A stretch of 64,000 bases of DNA. Source: Octopus vulgaris. Taxonomy: Eukaryota. Positions 56,603 through 64,000 of the stretch are shown here, piece after piece (the first letter of the stretch is position 1; each line of letters begins with the position of its first letter). Location of the stretch: positions 40,176,001 to 40,240,000 of the forward strand of contig OX597815.1 of the NCBI GenBank assembly GCA_951406725.2. Direction: 5' to 3'. The notes under the pieces are model-generated. The model had not been told where the DNA came from, did no database searches, and saw only the letters and a program-made list of their open reading frames with translations. The translations under genes were made by a program, and so were the position numbers.

Positions 56603-56960
56603 CAGTGGTTCTCAACTGGGGTCCATATGGCTCCTGAGCGTCCATATAAGATTGGGTGGAGGGTGGGGGTCCATGCAACAAAATGGTAAATTTGGGATCC
56701 CCAATAATATTTTAAGAGATCCTGAAAAAATTTTGCTTTAGATGTCTATATTGGTACGCATTGCAAGAAACAGCTAGGTTTCTTCCTCTAACATTTTACA
56801 TAGATCAGCACACACAAGTTGATGTGTGAAAATTAAAATAGAAATTTTGAAAGAAGTTTCTGGAAAACTAGTTTTTAAACATCGAATGGCGAAGGGGTCC
56901 ACCAAAATAAAATAGGAATCAAAGGGGTCCATAGATAAAAAAAATGGTTGAGAACCCAGG
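56603..56960. mobile_element. hAT (Charlie-like) MITE
   Basis: TIR CAGTGGTTCTCAAC / GTTGAGAACCCAGG; 8-bp TSD ttctagat/ttctagac. Confidence 0.8.
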
Positions 56961-57369
56961 TTCTAGACTATGGCTTTTGCAGTCTTACTTTTAACACTAG
57001 AGGCTAAGTCAGCGTAATTTCCATCAGTTATAGTAGAGGCTAGATATCTGGAACTTTTGCATTATGTGAGAGTAAAGCTATGTTCCTTGTGATATATTGG
57101 AATGAGGATGACAGTCATAACACAGTATGATGGCGCAATGGTGCTTCCTTGTAAAACACTAACAAGAATGTTCCAAAATTCTGTGTCCCGACAGATTGAT
57201 GCACCTTAGCTCGTTTGTACACACACCTGGGTATGTGTTTAAAACACACACACTCACACATAGATAGACAGATAGATAAAGTGTACAAATGAAAGAGAAT
57301 AGCACTCTTCACATATTAAGAGAGTTAACAGTTTTTATTTCTAATTATTTTTACTCTAGGCACAAAGCG

Positions 57370-58015
57370 TGAAATTTTGGGAGAGGGTGGGGTGCAGTCG
57401 ATTAGATCGACCCCAGTACGCAACTGGTACTTAATTTATCGACACCGAAAGGATGAAAGGCAAAGTCGTTCTCGGCGCAATTTGACCTCAAGACACAAAG
57501 ACAGAGGAAATGCCGCAAAGTATTTCGCCCGGAGTGCTAACGTTTCTTATTTCTTTACTACCCACAAGGGGCTAAACACAGAGAGGACAAACAAGGACAG
57601 ACAAACGGATTAAGTCGATTACATCGACCCTAGTGCATAACTGGTACTTAATTTATCGACCCCGAAAGGATGAAAGGCAAAGTGGACCTCGGCGGAATTT
57701 GAACTCAGAACGTAACGGCAGACGAAATACCTATTTCTTTACTACTCACAAAGGGCTAAACACAGAGGGGACAAACAAGGACGGACATAGGTATTAAGTC
57801 GATTACATCGACCCCAGTGCGTAACTGGTACTTAATTTATCGACCCCGAAAGAATGAAAGGTAAAGTCGACCTCGGCGGAATTTGAACTCAGAACGTAGT
57901 GGCAGACGAAATACCGCTAAGCATTTCGCCCGGTGTGCTAACGTCTCTGCCAGCTCGCCGCCTTCATAAGCGTTTCGCCTGCTGTGCTAATGTTTCTGCC
58001 AGCTCGTCGCCTTAG
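57370..58015 (-). mobile_element. Tandem array of family C SINE segments (~190-bp unit x3 plus head)
   Basis: Repeated tcgacccc..actggtacttaatttatcgaccccgaaaggatgaaaggcaaagtcgacctcggcggaatttgaac; head ggcggcgagctggcag on the minus strand. Confidence 0.8.
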
Positions 58016-58357
58016 AGTTAAAAGATTTTGTTAATAAGCTTGTCTCGGCTCCACCACGATAATCATCAGTAGTCGTATATCACTCCACTTCCCAGAATGA
58101 AAAGTAATGTACACCTATTGTTCACACGTGTCCTGGTTAACAGTCTAGACGTGTCGATTTGCTTTCAATGTGAGAGCGATATCACATGGAAACATGCACC
58201 TGTTATATCCGGGTTAGTAGGTAGTGTGTATGTGCGCGCGTGCGTATATGTTCGTATATATATATGTATGCGTGTGCGTGTGTGTGTATAAATATATAAT
58301 TCATGTATGGATACGTGTGTATGCGCATGTGTAAATGCACGCTTGTGTGTATGTGTG

Positions 58358-58527
<170 letters not shown>

Positions 58528-58623
58528 TTAACAAATATATAGGCCTCGTAAGTATGTACTTATATACAAATATATAGGCTCGTACAATATATCGTAAGTA
58601 TGTACTTAGGTGTGTGTGTGTGA

Positions 58624-58680
<57 letters not shown>

Positions 58681-59081
58681 AGTGTGTGTATTTTCAGAGC
58701 TGTACTTGTTTGACCAGTAACCTGATCCCTGACCTGTGTATTTACAGAAACATTTACAACGTGAGATAGTCGTTTTAGCCATTTCAGAAAGCACAAAAGC
58801 TGTGGCATATTCATTTCTCATTTAATCTTGAATAGTTCCGTCAATTCTGATGGACCAAAAAGGTTCATCGTACTTTTGCGATATACTCACACACACTCAC
58901 ATATTCACACACGCGCGCGCGCGCACACACACATACACATATACATACACAATACACACAGGCTCATACACAACACACATATACGCACGCCATCTCCTCT
59001 CTTATGCACACACAAACGCGCTCACATACACACACATACGCGCGCGTGCACATGCACACGCACACGCACACACACACACGC

Positions 59082-59119
<38 letters not shown>

Positions 59120-59196
59120 ACAAGTAAGTCCGCAGATCAGTAATTTATTTTATCATTTTGACTAGCACGCTTGTGAAAAGAATTGCAGGATGTCTT

Positions 59197-59475
59197 GGAT
59201 CTTTACCGACAGATTTTTAAAATAATTTTTTGTATCTAAACACTTTCAAACTTTGGACACTGGTAGAATGTGTCATATAAAACATCTTTTACTCTTAGCG
59301 TTTTTGAGAAAAACTTATATTTACGAAGTTATTTCACGTTAAAGTTGTCGTATTTCGGTAATTTCAACCAATCAATGACGTGTATTCAGCTGAATAAAAT
59401 TACTGCTGTTGTTTGTCAACAAGAACTTCGGTGGTGTATTACTTTTTAAATCTGTCGGTCAAAAGGTACAGATCC
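59197..59475. mobile_element. GGATC-terminal MITE with perfect 8-bp TSD (Merlin-like)
   Basis: gatgtctt|GGATCTTTACC...GGTACAGATCC|gatgtctt. Confidence 0.88.
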
Positions 59476-59859
59476 GATGTCTTAAACCTACAATAAACCG
59501 CAAAGTAAGAAATATACTGCCAAGAATTATCAAGAACAAACCTCCTTGAAACTTACTCAGGAGAGACAATTTGAAATTTAGATGAAAAGTTCAGTAAACA
59601 ATGAAACAGCTATGCGTAATAAAACCCAAAAAAACTACATCCATATTTTACAAACACGCTCTAGATAATAACATCATGATAGTTCCGCCAATAGATTCAG
59701 TGAGGATATATCATATCGTGATGATAAAACAGATAACTGAGCCATTGTGCATACGTACACATGCGCGCGCGCATGCATACATGGTGGAAGTTGACCCACA
59801 TACATACTACAGAAGGTGCACGATAGAACATGCTGAATATCACATTGGTAGACGTGGGC

Positions 59860-60480
59860 GCTTCCGTTATCACGCTTGTGACTGAGTGGGCCTGCCTTCG
59901 AGAAGCAGACACGATCACATTGGCCACACAAAAGGGACTCTTTCGTGTCCTTCTCAGAAAGAGGGTTCACATCTTCTATATATTTACCAGCACGTTCCAA
60001 CTCAGTGAATGTAACCCTATTATTATTATTCTCGAATTCTTAAATACCAGTAGCAATCACATTCCTGCATAGCTTCCTATCTGATGCAAGATCTTCCCAG
60101 GTGTTATCGATATTGATCTTTTTAAGTGTGTCTTTAAGATTGTCTTAGAAACGCTTACGTCTCTTGCACTGGGAACGTTTTCCTTGCTCCAGACCACCAT
60201 ACAAACACCTGTTTTGGCATACGAGTCTCCTCTAAACGGGCAAGATGACCAGGCCATCTAAGTTGGTGTTTCATAATCATGGAATCGATACTTGTCATTT
60301 TCGCCCGCTGCAGTACTCTCGTATCAGGTACATGAGATCTTCAGGATATTACTTAAGCATCGTTGGAGGAATCGCTTTAGGGCGTTGGACATGGCTGTAG
60401 TAAGTTGTCCAGGTTTTGCAGCCATACAAAAATGCGATTAAGGCTCGATAGGGCTGGACGGAAGGTGCTGTTTTAATGTC
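59860..60480 (-). mobile_element. Degenerate RTE LINE C-terminal fragment
   Basis: YRA...FLYGCKTWT; CGQCDRVCFSKAGPLSHKR. Confidence 0.6.
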
Positions 60481-60642
60481 AGATTGCGGCCACGGCCCCG
60501 ATTCAAGTTTTCCAAACGCTTCACATACACCCACACATGCATTCATGTATGCAAGCATGCATGTATGCATCCATCCATCCACACACACACACACACACAA
60601 ACATACATACATACATACATACATACATGCATACATACAGTG

Positions 60643-60962
60643 AAGGCGCGTGGTTTAGTGGTTAGGGGCATTCGGCTCATGATCGTAAGGTCGTGAGTTC
60701 AATTCCCGGCGGCGCGTTGTCCTTGAGCAAGACACTTTATTTCATGTTGCTCTAGTCCACTCAGCCGGCAAAAACGAGTAGTACCTGTATTTCAAAGGGC
60801 CAGCCTCGTCACACACTGTGTCACGCTGAATCTCCCCGAGAACTACGTTAAGGGTACACGTGTTTATGGAGTGCTCAGCCACTTACATGCTAATTCCACG
60901 AGTAAGCTGTTCCGTTGATCGTATCAGCTGGGACCCTCATCGTCGCAACCGACGGAGTACTC
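60643..60962 (+). mobile_element. tRNA-derived CORE-type SINE
   Basis: ggcgcgtggtttagtggttagg (A box), gagttcaattccc (B box), gtccttgagcaagacacttt (CORE-like). Confidence 0.8.
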
Positions 60963-61514
60963 CTCATCCTCACATATACACATGCATACCTACATACATA
61001 CACACACGATGTGTGTGCTTGTATTTTATTTTTTATCATACTTAAAAACGCCAACTTACCTAGAATCTGATTCTAAGAGACATATTACAGGAAAACAAAT
61101 ATTTTAAACTCAAAGCGAACCGCTAGCAACTATTTATAAAAGAAAATAGTGATAATACATTAAATAACATTAAATATATATAATACAGATAGAGAAGGAA
61201 AACAAAGGCGAATGACTTTGATACAGACTCTGAATTGACCAATTTATTTTATTTGAGAATATTATAGAAAAAATTCAGACGAACGATAGTGAAAAAGAAA
61301 ATAATTCACATAAAAATACACAGAAAGAAAACAGGATAAAAAGGAGTGGAGAAGAAAGAGGAAATAAATTATCAAAACAGAAAGACATCCACAGTCTCTA
61401 TTATGCATCACTTCAGACGCATAAAATCTGAAAATGACAAAAGCTGCACAAATGTAAAGTTCAAACTACTACAATACAGTTGATTCGCCCAGTCCAGAGT
61501 TCAACAAAAGTAGA

Positions 61515-61600
<86 letters not shown>

Positions 61601-61829
61601 CCCGCTCTCTCTTTCTCTCCCTCTCTCTCACACGCACGCATGTTCACAAATCTAACATTAAAGAATGTACTGCATTTATTAAACACACGTGCTTGGATTT
61701 GAAAGTGATTGAGAAAAGAGACAAGGATCAAAATGAGACGAGAAAGAAAGCGAACGGAAAGGACAGATAACACGTGTCTTATAAAATATTAGGTCTTTCT
61801 CTTCGCTATGCTGCCGGTAAAAATATTTG

Positions 61830-62268
61830 GGATCTTTTCGGTTTGAACGGCAGTTTTTTCTAGCGGTGTCATATGAAATTGTCACCCATAATTATGACCC
61901 TAGTATCGATCTATTGCATTTCAATCTGTTTTAGGGTTAGGGTTAGAGTTAGGGTTAGTTAGGGTTAAGGTTAGGGTTAGGGGTGGGGGGAAGGGTATCT
62001 TTTTTTCTTCACAAATGTAAATAAACCAATCTGTTTCTTAAACGAGGGACATATTCATATGGCACAGAATGTTTTCACCTCAATAGACGTCATTGATTGG
62101 TTGAAATTGAAGAAAAAAACAACAAATATGTTACAACCTATAGAATTTTCTCAATAAAGCCAAGAGAAAAAGATGTTTTATAAACACATTCTACCAGTAT
62201 ACAAAGTTTAAAAGTGTTTAGTTACGTGGAAATTATTTTAAAAACTGCCGGTCAAACCGAAAAGATCC
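61830..62268. mobile_element. GGATC-terminal MITE with perfect 8-bp TSD and internal TTAGGG tract
   Basis: aatatttg|GGATCTTTTCGGTTTGAACGGCAGTTTT...AAAACTGCCGGTCAAACCGAAAAGATCC|aatatttg; TTAGGG run at about 61930-61985. Confidence 0.9.
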
Positions 62269-62367
62269 AATATTTGTTAATCAAGCACGTACCTTCATAA
62301 ATTGTTCAAAGTAAAAGTATTTTTTTTAAGTCTGTGTTGCGTTGTCTATATGTTGAAAGACACAGAA

Positions 62368-62405
<38 letters not shown>

Positions 62406-62474
62406 ACACAAAAGACTAACTATATCATTATATATACATATATATATATATATAGAGAGAGAGAGGTAGCGCAA

Positions 62475-63236
62475 GGATCTTTACCTTTTGACCGACAGAA
62501 TTAAAAAATAATTTTTTTTAACTAAACACTTTCAAACTGCGTATACTTGTAGAATGTGTCACATAAAAACATCTTTTACTCATGGCGTTGTTGAGAAAAT
62601 TCTGTATTTTGGGAGTAACTTCTTGTTAAAGTTGTAGTATTTCGGTAATTTCAACCAATTAATGACGTGTATTCAGCTGAATAAAATTACTGCCGTTGTT
62701 TGTCAACAACTATCAGCGGTGTATTTTTCGTTTGTCACTGTTATTTATGACATCGTTCGTGCGTTTGTACTGGTTTTAGCTTTAAGGTTTTAGGGTTAGG
62801 GTTTTAGAGTTAGGGTTAGGGTTTTAGGGTTAGAGTTAAGGTTAGAGTTGGGGTTTTAAGGTTAGAGTTACGGAAAAAAATTTAAAATGAAGCACGAACG
62901 ATTATGGTGGTGGCATGAAGTAAACATGCTTTAGATACACTCGTTTATTCATACAAACGTAACTGAGATGAAATATGTCATAAATAACAGTGACAACCGC
63001 CGGAAATTGTTGTTGACAAACAACAGCAGTAATTTTATTCAGCTGAATACACGTCATTGATTGGTTGAAATTACCGAAATACGAGAACTTTAAAACGAAA
63101 TAACTTCGTAAACATAAGCTTTTCTCAAAAACGCTAAGAGTAAAAGATGTTTTATATGACACATTCTACCAGTGTCTGAAGTTTGAAAGTGTTTAGTTAC
63201 AAAAAAATTATTTTATAAATCTGTCGGTAAAGATCC
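62475..63236. mobile_element. GGATC-terminal foldback MITE with a TTAGGG-like tract
   Basis: Long inverted arms; flanks tagcgcaa/gagggcaa (6/8 match); telomere-like repeats at about 62785-62870. Confidence 0.85.
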
Positions 63237-63312
63237 GAGGGCAATATATAGTTAGACAGATACATACATACATACATACATACATACATACATACATACA
63301 TACATACATACA

Positions 63313-63344
<32 letters not shown>

Positions 63345-63439
63345 ACCTTTTTTGAAGTCTATGCTCTATTGTGCTGACAGACTTGCACTTACAATTCTAG
63401 TATTTTAAATAAAAAAATTGTTGGTTACTACCTGACAAA

Positions 63440-64000
63440 GCTCGCAAAAAACCGATAATTCCCCAAACCGAGTTCAAGTATAAGTAATTCTCAAAACCGG
63501 TTAAAAACCGGTTTTCGCGGGTACTACTTAAGAAGAGTGGTCCCGGTGCGCGCACTCGCGCAAGCTAGTCGTGACTAGTCGATCCTTACTTTGTGTTTTT
63601 GTGTTTTATTTACTTTGTTTTAAAAAAATTATTTACTTTGTGTAAAAAAATTATATAAGCCAACAAGATATACTTTGTCAAACAGATTTGGCTCACGAAA
63701 ATGCTTGTTTTCCCCAGCTAAAACCTGAATTTAACAAAGTTTTAAATAACGTAAGAAAAATTTCAAAACTTTTCCGTAAATCTCCTACAAAAAATGAAAT
63801 TTTGCAAGATTTTGTACGAGCGAACTTTGATAACAGAGAATATAAAGTTGTACTGGATTGTAGAACTCGGTGGAAAAGCACATTCCATATGATTGAGAGA
63901 TTTTTGAAATTGAAAAGCTGCATTCCAAATGCTCTACGAGCAGAACTTTCCACAGATGCCGTCGCTGACGAAGAATGGAAATCTCTCAATTTACTATATG
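63440..64000 (+). mobile_element. hAT transposon: AACCG-rich subterminal region and transposase fragment running off the window
   Basis: Open plus frame from about 63691 (not in the ORF track): ...VRKISKLFRKSPTKNEILQ...VVLDCRTRWKSTFHMIERFLKLK...EEWKSL, the hAT D.xTRWNS motif. Confidence 0.82.

Noticed and set aside
60643-60715. tRNA gene (also 22670-22740)
   Set aside because: A and B boxes are present but there is no convincing acceptor stem, and the sequence continues into a SINE body.
63693-63989. Minus-strand 98-aa ORF
   Set aside because: It is the antisense shadow of the plus-strand hAT transposase frame.

Overview
AT-rich, microsatellite- and retroposon-saturated animal genomic DNA. 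The SINE and LINE families and the huge (TA)n/(CA)n tracts point to a coleoid cephalopod, probably Octopus (inference). The one host gene I can support is a six-exon, minus-strand OSTM1 orthologue (ClC-7 beta-subunit). Its CDS is 39578-39192, 32087-31970, 29307-29198, 25343-25230, 23900-23741 and 21128-21031, giving 328 aa with GT-AG introns and consistent phases. A MITF/TFEB-type M-box lies about 150 bp upstream of its ATG. The rest is mobile DNA: CR1-group, RTE and R4/Dong-like LINE relics, tRNA-derived SINEs, Tigger, mariner, Tc1 and hAT fragments, two Helitron-type elements and Penelope-type remnants. Highlights: (i) a multi-copy GG-terminal, 8-bp-TSD (Merlin-like) MITE family that carries telomeric TTAGGG arrays and a CCAAT/CRE/E-box cassette; (ii) tandem arrays of a compact H-type pseudoknot-like motif in an RTE 3' UTR; (iii) an apparently intact minimal hammerhead ribozyme; (iv) a LINE-SINE shared 3' hairpin with compensatory changes. 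Most ORFs in the supplied track are microsatellite or antisense-repeat artefacts. No CRISPR or prokaryotic-type system is present.
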